A program made the translations under genes and the position numbers. The notes under the pieces are model-generated. The model was not told where the DNA came from. It saw nothing but the letters and a program-made list of their open reading frames with translations, and searched no databases. 64,000 nucleotides of DNA from positions 16,740,001-16,804,000 of the forward strand of contig NC_043016.1 in assembly GCF_006345805.1 (NCBI RefSeq), given 5' to 3'. Below are positions 9,570-22,057 of the stretch, in pieces. Position 1 is the stretch's first letter. The number at the start of each line of letters is the position of its first letter. Origin of the DNA: Octopus sinensis. Taxonomy: Eukaryota.

Positions 9570-12113
9570 AGTGGCAACCGATTCTATGACACCCTCTTGC
9601 AGACTACCACGTTGACGAATGACGGGGACCTTCACTTTGTGGCTGGTGACTTCAATGGACATGTTGCACGACATGTCGGGGGCTTCCATGGCATACATGG
9701 AGGCTACAGTTTTGGCTCTCGCAATGAGAAGGGAACCATGCTGCTGGAGTTCTGTGATGCAAATGATCTTATGGTCTGCAATACTAACTTCGGAAATCCT
9801 GCCAGTTACCTAGTCACCTACTGCTCTGGCAGACACACTAGTCAAATTGACTACATCCTCACCAGAAAAAGGGAAAGAGAGCTGCTTATAAATGCCAAAA
9901 CCTTCCCTGGCAAAGAATGTACCCCAAAACATAGACTAATAGTTAGTGACTTCAGGATCAGGGCTAAATGGATGCCCAGAAGACGACCAGCTTGGAGAAG
10001 AAGGGTCTAGAGACTTAAAGATCCGGCAAACGGACAGATTTAGAGATATATTAACCGAAACCTTTGACAAAATAGAAGGGGATATAGCTTCACATGGGAT
10101 AGAAGACAACTGGAGGTCTCTAAGGGACAACCTGCTGAGGACCACTGACCAAATCTGTGGTTGGTGCAGAGTCCCCTCAAGACCCAAAATAACGTGGTGG
10201 TGGAACAATGTTGTTGACAGGGCTATTAGACAAAAGAAACAGGCTTGGAAGGACTGGAAGAAGGGTGGTATCAGACAGCCAGAAGGGAAGCTAGGAGGCA
10301 GGTGTATTTAGCCAGAGGGGAAGCAGATAAGAAAAAATTTGCCAATGTTTTGCACCGTGAGGACCAAAGACTTGAGGTGTTTCGTGTTGCAAGACTGTGA
10401 GAGAGAATTGTGACGTGGTAGGAGAGAAATGTGTTTGCATGGATGATGGTTCACTTGCGCTGAAAGAGGATGCAAAGAGAGAGGTTTGGAGACACCTTTA
10501 TGAAAGGCTGCTGAATAAGGAAAATGAATGGGATAAAGAGAGTCTGCTGAATATCGACCCAACAGAGGGACCAGCTATCCGAGTTGACAGTTCCTTGGTA
10601 GTTAAAGCAATCAAGAGTATGAAGGCAGGGAAAGCCTCAGGCCCATCAAGAATTACTGCGGAGATTCTCAAAATATCTGGCTGTGTCGGCTAAAGCCCAG
10701 TCACCCGTATAGTTAACCAGGTAATACACGGAGTCATTCCCAATGACTGGTGTAGCGGCATAATAGTCAACTGCTAAAAAGGTAAAAGTGACGCCCTCGA
10801 TACAAATAACTACAGAGGTATCAAGTTGCTGGTTCAAGTAATGAAGGTCACAGATAGGGTCATAGCCCAACTAATTAGAGAGAGTTAGTTTAGATGAGAT
10901 GCAGTTTGGGTTCGTGCCAGAGAAAAGTACCACTGATGTTATATTCCTGGTTAGGCAGCTGTAGGAGAAATACCTAGCCAAAGATAAACCTCTGTACCTG
11001 GCTTTTGTCGACATGGAGAAAGCCTTCGACAGGGTCCCCCGATCCCTTATCTGGTGGTCATTGAGGAAACTAGGGATAGATGAATGGTTAGTGAGAGCCG
11101 TGCAAGCCATGTACAGGGACGCTGTCAGTATGGTGAGGGTTGGCAACGAGTACACTGAAGAATTCCAGGTAGAGGTAGGGGTCCACCAGGGTTCAGTCCT
11201 CAGCCCCCTCCTATTTATCATAGTCCTCCAGGCAATAACAGAAGAATTCAAGACAGGATGCCCCTGGGAGCTCCTCTATGCTGATGACCTTGCTCTAATT
11301 GCTGAGTCACTATCAGAACTGGAGGAGAAGTTTCAGACGTAGAAACAAGGATTAGAATCGAAGGGCCTTAGAGTCAACCTAGCTAAAACAAAAGTCCTAA
11401 TAAGTAGGAAGGCACGCTAACCACAAATCCCTTCAGATAGATGGCCCTGCTCGATATGTAGTAGAGGCGTAGGTAGAAACTCTATAAGATGTACCCAGTG
11501 TAAGCTATGGACATATAAGAGGTGCAGCAATATCAAAGGAAGGCTAACGGGGAAGATAGTTTTTCTCTGTGGCAGATGCTCAGGAGCAATAAACTCTGAA
11601 AATGCTCAGAGAACAACTTCCGCCACATTCCAGGGAGAAAAACTAGAAATAGTTGATAGCTTCCGTTACCTAGGTGACCAAGTCAGTAGTGGGGGAGGGT
11701 GCGCTGAAAGTGTAGCTGCTAGAATAAGAATAGCCTGGGCAAAGTTCAGAGAGCTCTTACTTCTGCTGGTGACAAAAGGCCTCTCGCTCAGAGTAAAAGT
11801 AAACTGTATGATGCATGTATACGAACAGCCATGCTACATGGCAGTGTAACATGGGCTGTGACTGCTGAGGACATGCGTATGCTCGCAAGGAATGAAGCCA
11901 GTATGCTCCGATGGATGTGTAATGTCAGTGTTCATACTCGACAGAGTGTAAGTACCTTGAGAGAAAAGTTGGACCAAAGAAGCATCAGAAGAGGTGTGCA
12001 AGAGACAACTGTGCTGGTATGGCCATGTGGCGAGAATGGATGAAGATAGTTGTGTGAAAAAGTGTCACACCCTAGCAGTTGAGGGAACCTGTTGAAGAGG
12101 TAGACCCAGGAAG
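9570..12113 (+). mobile_element. Decayed RTE-clade LINE ORF2 (AP-endonuclease remnant, RT, internal PHD finger)
   Basis: AGDFNGHV, SQIDYIL, HRLIVSD (endonuclease); EKAFDRVP, GVHQGSVLSPLLF, LLYADDL (RT); multiple stops and frameshifts. Confidence 0.93.
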
Positions 12114-12199
12114 GCTTACACTCTGTCGTAGGCCACAGGTTATTGTCTCACTTGGCTTGCCAGGTCTTCTCAAGCACAGCATATTTCCAAAGGCCTCTG
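12114..12199 (-). mobile_element. Inverted 3' end of the same RTE family
   Basis: Reverse strand reads RGLWKYAVLEKTWQAK* plus a short UTR. Confidence 0.8.
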
Positions 12200-12317
12200 T
12201 CGTATATATATCCTTTATCTTTGTAAGTGTAATAGCCAAACATGGCACCTCCTCAAAATTGCAGCCATTAAGCCTAAATTGGAACTAATTATTATTTTTG
12301 TCCTGTTCTGTTTTCAG

Positions 12318-12398
12318 TATTGGGTGTATATGTTGATAATAATGGAAAACGAAGTAGAAATCAAGAGATTATGTGGCCTTCACCTCCTCATGCTATCA
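12318..12398 (+). CDS. MRCK: MRCK exon F: (V)LGVYVDNNGKRSRNQEIMWPSPPHAI
   Basis: ttttcAG / GTAAGT, 81 nt, phase 1 to 1. CNH G.YVD..G.RSR..E.MW motif. Confidence 0.96.
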
Positions 12399-12614
12399 GT
12401 AAGTATTTTTTTAAATGATGCATAAATTTAATTTTTGTATTTCTTGCAGCAATGCAGTTTTCTCGTTTTAACTCTTTTGCATTCAAACTTGCCAGATCAA
12501 GCCTCTCACACTTAACCAGAAATTTCATTTTAAAACTAAACCATCGTAAGATAATGCATGATTAATTCAAAACAATGTTAATAAATAGGCCTTAGATTTA
12601 CCAAAGTAATCATC

Positions 12615-13250
12615 ATCATCATCATTATCATCGTTTAACGTCCGTTTTCCATGCTGGCACGAGTTGGACGGTTTGACTGAGGGCTGGCAAGGCAGGAGGC
12701 TGCAGCAGGCTCCAATCTTGATCTGGCAGAGTTTCTACAGCTGGATGCCAACCACAAATGATATCGGGTTCTAAATACATAATAATAATCATCATCGTTT
12801 AACATCCACTTTCCTTGCTGGCATGGGTTGGACGGTTTGACTGGGGACTGGCGAACCAGATGGCTGCACCAGACTCCAATTTGATCTGGCAGAGTTTCTA
12901 CAGCTGGATGCCCTTCCTAACGCCAATCACAAATGATGAAGGTTCTACATACATAATAATCATCATCATTATTTAACGTCCGCTCTCCATGCTGGCATGG
13001 ATTGGATGGTTTGACTGGGGACTGGTGAGCCAGATGGCTGCACAGGCTCCAATCTGATCTGGCAGAATTAATTGGATTATCTTCATTACTTAATGTTTTC
13101 TTTCTATGTTGGCATGGGTTAGATGAGTTGACAAGGCCAGGAGCCATACCAGATTGCATAGTCTGTTTTAATATGGTCACTACTCCTGGATGCCCTTCGT
13201 AATGCCAACCACTTTGCAGAGTGTACTGGGTACTTTTTATGTGGGACCAG
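12615..13250 (-). mobile_element. Chain of four short RTE 3'-UTR fragments with (GAT)n tails
   Basis: Repeated CATCATCATCGTTTAAC.TCC..TTTCCATGCTGGCATGGGTTGGACGG...; the same sequence is contiguous with the RTE ORF2 end at 62705-63700. Other copies at about 7318, 18330, 18622, 19310, 23290, 24755, 33460, 45130. Confidence 0.85.
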
Positions 13251-13832
13251 CAATGATAGGGCCACCAAGTTATTTGCAAGACAGAAGTTCCAGGATTGTG
13301 AAGGAGGACTGAGTGATGAAAGCTCAGAAGGAATAGGGTAGATATGTGGTTACCCTGGTTGAAAGAGAAAAGAGAGTTAGAGATTAATATAGAGAGCAAG
13401 AGTAGGTGAGATGGTGTGAGAGATGTGTTGAAACACGCCCTCAAGAGACATTGGTAGTGATATGGTGAAGTGATCGAGAGGTTTGGATCATGTGAATGGG
13501 GGCAAGAGAACAGAAGTGATCGTCACGAATTTTAGAGAGAAATATAGGAACAGTTTAGGGGCAGGGTTTGTGGCAGATGTATGAGGGCATTGAGGGTGAT
13601 AGAAGATTACTGAAGCACCCACGATAGGAAATAACACAAAGGAGAAAACATACAAAAAAGGAGGTGATTAATGGAGACAGCATGTAGGGAAAGATAACGA
13701 GAAACAGAAGTGGTTTGCGGTGAGGGGGAAAAAAGGGTAACTTGAGAAAACCAAAGGGTATGCCTGTTCTTCTCACAGTTGATGGGAAAACCGAGCCTTT
13801 CATGGACATACATTACCAAAGTGGTTTTAGAA

Positions 13833-14312
13833 TACCATAAATCCTTGAGTATAATACGCAGGGGATTTTTAGGGGGCTGTACCTTTGAAAAACCTAAACC
13901 TTGTGTATAATACACACTCCTTCTTTAACTTGAGTCAAAGAGGTCTATATAACGTCCTTGGTTTGTAAAACTGTATACGGTAACATCCTTTATTATTATT
14001 GTATATATAACATAATGCAAACGTGTAGCTTTTTTGTGCATTTTGTTTGCAGGAAATAAAGAAATAACAGTAATAACGTTTAATAAATGTTGCTTACTGC
14101 AAGTTATGGATGATTCTGTTATGACTTCATTGCTTTTAGGCTTAGCTTAAGGTATTTTCGCGCCAGACATCACAAAATGCGTCTGAATACACATAGCCAG
14201 ACAGCAAATAGAGACTCAGACATTGCTTAGAAAATATTTTTCATTTTTAACCTGGTATATAATACGCACTAGGGATTTTGACCTTTAAATTTTGGGGGAA
14301 AAACGCAGATTA
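13833..14312 (+). mobile_element. pogo/Tc2 MITE, right TIR clipped
   Basis: TA-CCATAAATCCTTGAGTATAATACGCAGGGG...; colinear with 17138-17621. Confidence 0.88.
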
Positions 14313-14329
14313 GTTCTGTGTGATGGGTG

Positions 14330-14560
14330 GGTCTTAGGTATATTAAGGCACCAGATATTTTCGTCCTATGTTATCTTTATAAGGCTCAGCATCTTAAGAT
14401 TAGCCTTCAGTAAATCGTCCCATGTTTTCCGGGGTCACCCTCTTCCACGAGTTCCATCCACTTTAAGTGATAATGATGCCTTCATGCAGCTGCCCTCATC
14501 CGTATGCATCACATAACCAAACCAGTGCAATCTTCTCCCGTGCATACAGCAAATAATTCC
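14330..14560 (-). mobile_element. Older RTE ORF2 3' fragment
   Basis: Reverse strand reads RRLHWFGYVM...GTRGRG*PRKTWDDLLK. Confidence 0.7.
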
Positions 14561-15302
14561 TTTCATCTTTTATCTTTTGCCTCTGAGACTACAGACATGC
14601 TGGGGCACCACCTTGAAAGATTGTACTTATTAGACATAGGTGTGGCTGTGTGGTAAGTAGCTTGCTTACCAACCACATGGTTCTGGGTTCAGTCCCACTG
14701 CATGGCACCTTGGGCAAGTGTCTTCTACTACAGCCTCGGGCTGACCAAAGCCTTGTGAGTGGATTTGGTAGATGGAAACTGAAAGAAGCCCATCGTATAT
14801 ATGTATATATATATATATCTGTGTTTGTCCCCTCAACATCGCTTGATAACTGATGTTGGTGTGTTTATGTCCCTGTAACTTAGCAGTTCGGTAAAAGAGA
14901 ATGATAGAATAAGTACTAGGCTTAGAAAAAATAAGTCTGGGGCTTGATTTGCTCGACTAAAGGCGGTGCTCCAGCATGACCACAGTCAAATGACTGAAAC
15001 AAGTAAAAGAGTAAGAGTAAAGAGTATTTTTTTTAAAGCCTGGTACCTATTCCATTTGTCTCTTACCAAACTTCTAAATTATGCAGACATAAACAAACCA
15101 ACTCCGGTTGTCAGGTTGGGGTGCAAATAGACACACACACAGGGAGATCTATATATGTATATGAAAGGTTTCTTTCAGTTTCTACCTACCCAATCCACTC
15201 AAAAGGCTTTGGCTGGACCAGGGTTATAGTAAAAGACACTTGCCCAAGTTGCTGTGCGGTAGGACTGGACCTGGAACCTTTTAGTCGAGAAGCAAACTTC
15301 TT

Positions 15303-16334
15303 TTATTCATTATATTGGCGATAAAGGCCTTACATAGAAGGGAAACTACGGGCTGGATATGGACATAATGTTATCAAATGACAATGATGATAAACGAGAG
15401 CAACGAGCAGCGCCCACCGATTGCTGCCCAAGAACATTGGTCTTTTATATTTCATTCACGAGGCAACAAACCTCTTAAATTTTTCACAATACAAAACCAG
15501 AAATGAGGCACTAAGCCTCTTACCTTTATTTTGAACTTTCATGCCCGATCTGGCTCCTCACCTCATTCAAACACCTGGACGGTTCCAAGTTGGGCCACTT
15601 TATCATAAATCTAAATGTGTCCTCGGGGAAGAAGTTCATCACCCTGCACAAATCAGTCTCCTATATGACCTCCGCAGCTACCTGCAAAGGCCAGTCAGGG
15701 GCCTCAGTGCAGGCTAGAATCCCTTCTCTGTGGCCATTCTTTTTAAACTTCTTAAAAAAAGCCTTCTTATGACCCTCCCTTATGGAAGAGGATCACAAAT
15801 TCCTCATCCTTAGTATAGGAAGGGCCTACTGTTTCTGCCTTTGGTGGCACAACTTCCACCAAAGGTGCTTCGTTACACGCTGGCAGTGTGTCACAAACCA
15901 CTGGTAATATCCCGTTTTTTTTTTTCCTTGGGCCATGGGAGGATGCAGTTCTTCCGTTTTGTCCGGAAGACCTTCCTTCCCTCCTGTAGCCTCTGGATCC
16001 TTCGGTGGGCAACCATTGTTGCCCAACTTTTTTTTTTACTTTTTTTGAGGAGGTCTCCACCTCCTCAACTACATCCTTCTCTCCCTCCAATGGGGGAGCA
16101 GGGAGCGGTATTTTTATTAGCTGCTCCAGGACCTTACCTTGGTCCTGGGGACAGTTCTTTTTAATGTGGCCTGGTTCCAGGCACAGGTAACTCTTGGGAG
16201 GTGGGGGTCCTTCAAGCATCACCGGATACCTAGAACCGGCCATTCTCATAAAATCTGGGAATACCAGATTTTTGGTTGATTTGGTCCATAGGGTCAGAAC
16301 CACTTTTGACTCCTCCCAATCAGCCTCTGATTGG
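15303..16334 (-). mobile_element. ORF1-only Tx1/L1-like retroelement, copy 1, inserted in a SINE A head
   Basis: 14-bp TSD GAAG(C/T)AAACTTCTT at 15289-15302 and 16335-16348; ORF 15767-16303 with a degenerate gag knuckle SYLCLEPGHIKKNC; 3' end AATAAAA. Confidence 0.82.
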
Positions 16335-16522
16335 GAAGTAAACTTCTTACCACAGCCATTCTTGCATCACCTAATTTTCCTTTGCATTCTGCTCTCAGGT
16401 GATGAAGTGATGGGTGTTAAGCAATGAAATGTGGGGTCGTGGTACTCAGAGGATGGATTTGGGGCTCTGTCTCTCATGGACTCACATTACCATGTTGACT
16501 TTTCGACCTCTTATTTTCACAG

Positions 16523-16620
16523 CCATCAACCATCCATACTTGTTATGTTACGCTGAAAACTCTATATTTGTATATGATGTCAGAAATACATCTTGGACTC
16601 AAACTATTTGTCTGAGAAAA
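16523..16620 (+). CDS. MRCK: MRCK exon G: (T)INHPYLLCYAENSIFVYDVRNTSWTQTICLRK
   Basis: tttcacAG / GTAAGT, 98 nt, phase 1 to 0. CNH PYL..Y.EN...DV...W.QTI motif. Confidence 0.95.
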
Positions 16621-17137
16621 GTAAGTATCTTCATATTTATTATTCCATATCTTATATGTAAATATGTATAAGTATAAATATATAATGTATATGACAGTTT
16701 AAAAAGATTTGAATTAAGTTTTTATAGCATCTTACGATCGTTTCACATATTCTTATATTCATAAGCATTTGTAGACAACTCTTCTGCTCTTCAGAGATAT
16801 AAAATTTGAATTTTGTATAATATATCAAATGGTAGTTTTTTAAAAATTTGAAGTCATACTATAAAACGGTGTTTGTTTGAAATATAAATTAAATATCGAA
16901 AATTACTGTTTTTGATTTCGGTAAGTACACTTTAGTATGAGAGTCTTTAAATCTATATATACTTCCTTGGTTAGTCATCTGCAATAATCCATTATAGTTA
17001 CGTGAGTACCATTATATTGTCCTGTATTCCAAATATAGTTCATAGACTGAGATAATATAGAATAATGGAATCCTATATTGATAAGCATTTATAGATAAAT
17101 CTTCTTCTCTTCAGTAATATCAAATATGAAATTTGCA

Positions 17138-17621
17138 TACTGTAAATCCTTGAGTATAAAACACAGGTGATTTTTAGGGGGCTGTACCTCTGAAAAACCT
17201 AAACCTTGTGTATAATACGCATAGTCAAGGAGGTCTATATAACGTCCTTGGTCTGTAAAAATGTATATGGTAATGTCCTTTATTATTGTTGTACATATAA
17301 CATAATGCAAACGTGTAGCTTTTTTGTGCATTTTGTTTGCAGGAAATAAAGAAATAACAGTAATAACGTTTAATAAATGTTGCTTACTGCAAGTTATGAA
17401 TGGTTCTTTTATGACTTCATTGCTTCCAGTCTTAGCTTAAGGTATTTTCACGCCAGACATCACAAAATGCGTTTGAATAAACATTGCCAGACAGCAAATA
17501 GAGACTCGGACATTGCTTAGAAAATAATTTTCATTTTTAACCTGGTATATAATACGCACTAGGGATTTTGACCTTTAAATTTGGGGGAAAAAATGTGGAT
17601 TATACTCGAGGATTTGCAGTA
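17138..17621 (+). mobile_element. Complete pogo/Tc2 MITE (about 480 bp)
   Basis: TA-CTGTAAATCCTTGAGTATAA ... TTATACTCGAGGATTTGCAG-TA (TIRs and TA TSD). Confidence 0.9.
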
Positions 17622-19058
17622 ATTTAACAAAGGGTTATTTATCATTCCATAGTGGTTAGGGTATTGTGCTCGCAGTTACCAGATTGTGGGTTGAATTCTT
17701 GGACCATTATCAGCAAAATCTCAATCAGTAATTGTAGTTTCACCACAACTCAATCAAGCCACCATTCAGCAAAGTATATGGTCCATACAGACACTGAATA
17801 CGGTCAAAGCCAAAATACAATTCTGATGGATTCCTGACCTGACTGGGAAAGAGTCAGATGTCGAACCCTTAATCTCAACTGTACACTTTGTTCAAATATA
17901 TATACCTAAACTCGGCCTAATCAATAAATCAAGAAGTGTGCTACATAGCTCCAAAGTCCTTTACGCATGTCCCTGTCCACTGCATCAAACACTTTGTGGA
18001 GGCCAACATAAGCTACCAATAGGCCCTGCCAAAAACATTCGCCTGTGTTAGATGAGTAGAAGGTTAGCAGTACTAGTATTGAGGCATGCACTGCAATAGT
18101 GCATTAATCCATCAACCAGTGAGGCCTTATAGCTCCTAGTGGATGACACCACCTTTGCACTACTCGGGTAACAATACTTAAAGTCATGGGTCTGTTTTGG
18201 GTAGGTTTTCTTAGTGGTGGTTTACAAGCTTGGAGTATAAATCCTACCTGAACATCTTCGTCTTTTTTTTCCAACACACAAGGAAACATTGGATCTATTC
18301 TTTGACATGCAAGTCTCCACACAGCACAATCATCATCATCATCGTTTAGCATCCGCTTTCCATGCTGGCATGGGCCGGATGGTTTGACTGAGGACTGGTA
18401 AACCACATGGCTGCACCAGGCTCCAATCAGATCTGGCAGAGTTTCTACAGCTGGATGCCCTTCCTAACACCAACAACTCCAGGAGTGTAGTGGGTGCTTT
18501 TATGTGCTGACAGCATAAGGGCCAGTCAAGCGGTACTGGCAATGGCCATACTCAAATGGTGTTTTTTACGTGCCACCTGCATAGGAACCAGTCCTACGAA
18601 TATATATATTTAATACATTACCATCATCATCGTTTAACATCCACTTCCCATGCTAGCATGGGTTTGACTAAGGACTGGCAAGCCTGATGGTTGCACCAGG
18701 CTCCAATCTTGATCTGGCAGAGTTTCTACAGCTTGATGCCCTTCCTAATGCCAACCACTCCGAGAGTGTAGTGGGTGCTTTTACATGCCACCGGCACAAG
18801 AAAACCTACCCAAAACAGACCCATGACCTTAAGTATTGTTACCCAAGTGGTGCAGAGGTGGTGTCATCCACCTGAAGCTATAGGGCCTCACCAATAAATG
18901 GTTGATGGATTAATGCACTTTTGCAGTATTTTTGCACTTACTGGTGGATGTATTTAGAATTCTTTTCTCTATGTTTACTATTTTGAAAATGTCTTGACAT
19001 TCAAGAATTGTTCTTTCACTGGAAATAATTTAAGACATTGATGTCTTTTTGATTTCAG

Positions 19059-19146
19059 ACGAAGCCACTTTGCAAAGACGGCTCTTTGAATTTGTTCAGT
19101 AATCTTGATTCACAGCATATAGTCTATCTACGGAACACAGACCTCA
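19059..19146 (+). CDS. MRCK: MRCK exon H: TKPLCKDGSLNLFSNLDSQHIVYLRNTDL
   Basis: gatttcAG / GTAAGT, 88 nt, phase 0 to 1. End of CNH (RPL..GSLNL...IY). Confidence 0.93.
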
Positions 19147-19349
19147 GTAAGTTTTGATTAAAATTATAATTTTAAGATTAATAACATTATGAATAGATAA
19201 TTAAATGATAATTAAAATATTAACCCCTTAATGGATCAATGCAGTTGGTAAGCAATCTACTTACCACACACAGCCACTCCTGTGCCTATATATATATATA
19301 TATATATCATCACATCATCATCGTTTAACGTCCGTTCTCCATGCTAGCA

Positions 19350-19404
<55 letters not shown>

Positions 19405-19574
19405 TACACACACAACGGTTTTCTTTCAGTTTCCCTCTGCCAATCCACTCACAAGGCTTTTGGTCGACCCGAGGCTATAGTAAAAGACACTTGCCCAAGG
19501 TGCCACGCAGTGGGACTGAACCTGGAACCATGTGGTTGGTAAGCAAGCTACTTACCACACAGCCACTCCTGCAC

Positions 19575-19650
19575 CTCTCTCTCTCTCTCTCTCCATATAT
19601 ATATATGTGTGTGTGTGTGTATATATAAATACATTATATAAATACATATA

Positions 19651-19714
<64 letters not shown>

Positions 19715-19755
19715 CATATATATAATATATATATATATACATATATATATTTATA

Positions 19756-19790
<35 letters not shown>

Positions 19791-19880
19791 TATATATAAT
19801 ATATAGATAATATTCTATATACATATTATATATTATATTTATATATATATATTATATACTCTATATATTATATTTATATA

Positions 19881-19915
<35 letters not shown>

Positions 19916-20290
19916 TTATATATATATATATATATATATACATAATATATATATATATTTAATATATATATATATATCTACATATATATATATATATTTA
20001 TATATATATTATATATATATATACATATATATCTATATTATTTATATATATATATATATATATACATATATAACATATATTTATATTTATATATATATAT
20101 ATATATACATTATATACATATATTATATCTATATCTATATATATATATATATCTCTATATACCTATATATCTTTATAATATATATATATAATATATATCT
20201 ATCTATATATATATATTCTATATCTATTATATATCTATATATATATATATGACATATATATAATACTTATATATATATATATATATATAT
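19575..20290. repeat. (TA)n-rich microsatellite
   Basis: About 700 bp of interrupted TA repeats. Confidence 0.95.
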
Positions 20291-20499
20291 GACAGGCTTC
20301 TTTCAGTTTCCGTCTACCAAACCCACTCACAAGGTTTGGTCGGCCCGAGGCTATAGCAGAAGACACTTGCCCAAGGTGCCATGCATTGGGACTGACCTAG
20401 AACCATGTGGTTGCTTTTTACGTGCCACCGGCACAGAGTATCACGACTACAATTTCCATTTAATTTTTCCATTTGACTTAACTGAATAAGTCTCCTCAA

Positions 20500-21265
20500 G
20501 CACAGCAGGTCACCCTAAGATCCAATGTAAGCACAGCAGGCCGTTCTGCAATCCAAGGTACTTTGGATGGGCTGGGGCTTGTATGTGAAGCTGGTGTAGG
20601 ATACAGCCATAAACACACTTTATTTGTTGGGTCTTTGCAGTCACAGCATATCTCCAGAGGTCTCAGACTTTCGTCATTGCCTCTGTGGGGCCCAACATTC
20701 GAAGGTCATGCTCGGCCACCTCATCCCATGTCTTCCTTTCACTGTTTGGGAGTGGCACTTCTTCACACATCTCTCCTCATCCATACATGACCATACCAGC
20801 GCAAACGTCTCTCTTGCATTCGAGCCTACGCATATTTTCAGCAGTCACAGCATATCTCCGGAGCTCTCGGTCTTTCGTCATTGCCTCTGTGTGACCCAAC
20901 GTTCGAAGGTCATGCTTGACCACCTCATCCCATGTCTTCCTGGGTCTACCTCTCCCCCGGATTCCTTCAACGGTTTGGGAGTGGCACTTCTTCACACATC
21001 TCTCCTCATCCATCCGTAGTACATGACCATACCAGTGCAAACGTCTCTCTTGCACGCCACATCCGATGATTCTTATGTCCAGCATTTCTCTCAGGGTGCT
21101 TACACTCTGTTGTGTATGCACACTGACATTACACATCCAGCAGATCATGCTAGCTTTGTTTCTTTCGAGCCTACACATGTCCTCCACAGTCACAGCATAT
21201 CTCCAGAGGTCTCGGTCTTTTGTCATCGCCTCTGTGAGGCCCAACATTCAAAGGTTATCAAAATA
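20500..21265 (-). mobile_element. Tandem concatemer of an RTE ORF2 C-terminus (three overlapping units)
   Basis: DR.LWRYAVT occurs three times in the reverse translation (near 21190, 20850, 20645). Confidence 0.82.
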
Positions 21266-21574
21266 TTACTCATCCATACATATTACTCAACTCAGTGGGC
21301 TTTTAAGCAACATCTTCATTGACCGTTAATGGATTGGACATGATACTGATGATTGAGCAATAACTCTTGAAATATGTATCACCTATTTTTTTCTATCTTC
21401 GATCACAGACAGTCTCTAGCAGTAAGCTTCACACTGTTAACACAAGGTAAAACGCAACATTGACTTATAAATATTTAATATACCTGGTAGTATATCATGG
21501 TCGCAAAATGAAATACTGTGTCCTTTGCTAACAATTAATTTGGTTATAATATTTTTCCATGCATTTTCTTTTAG

Positions 21575-21680
21575 GTGAAGATCAAACCATTCTACCTGAC
21601 TTGTCTGCATTCCGGCAGGCCAGCCGTACAAAACGTCGATATTCATTCAAAACAAGAGATGATGACAGGGTAACAAAGGG
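21575..21680 (+). CDS. MRCK: MRCK exon I: (S)EDQTILPDLSAFRQASRTKRRYSFKTRDDDRVTK(G)
   Basis: cttttAG / GTGAGT, 106 nt, phase 1 to 2. KRRYSF motif characteristic of MRCK just before the CRIB. Confidence 0.94.
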
Positions 21681-21913
21681 GTGAGTTTGTTATCCTTAAT
21701 AAAGCATAATTTTTAGTAATATCACTGGTCTGTTTTGAAATTTATTCATGATTTCTAATGTTGTTGTTTCAACTCCAGGTCAGTCTACATTAGGTTTTCT
21801 GCCAAAGAATGCCCGTAAATTCTACTTCTTATCTATTTTTTTCAGATAATTCAATCCTTTACCATTGAGACTGCTCTGTCAAATGTTTTGCTTATCTATT
21901 TACAATATTTTCA

Positions 21914-22057
21914 GTTAATCCTGTATTATTATTACTTAATCCTGTGTTATTATTAGTTAATCCTGTTATTGTTAGTTAATCCTGTGTTATTGTTAGTTAA
22001 TCCTGTGTTATTGTTAGTTAATCCTGTGTTATTGTTAGTTAATCCTGTATTATTATC
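21914..22057. repeat. 21-bp minisatellite, about 7 units
   Basis: Unit GTTAGTTAATCCTGTGTTATT. Confidence 0.9.

Noticed and set aside
13270-13800. Purine-rich block with minus-strand ORFs (12917-13444, 13555-13809)
   Set aside because: No recognisable motif. It is probably an old retroelement remnant, but I cannot support a family call.
19219-19245. TTAACCCCTTAATGGATCAAT next to a SINE head, as another targeted insertion
   Set aside because: Only about 22 bp of piggyBac end, with no TSD or second junction. Insufficient evidence.
21914-22057. Regularly spaced 21-bp repeats, and the 220-bp-period array at 55440-58030, as possible CRISPR-like arrays
   Set aside because: No unique spacers in the first case; the second is made of SINE units. 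Eukaryotic context and no cas genes.
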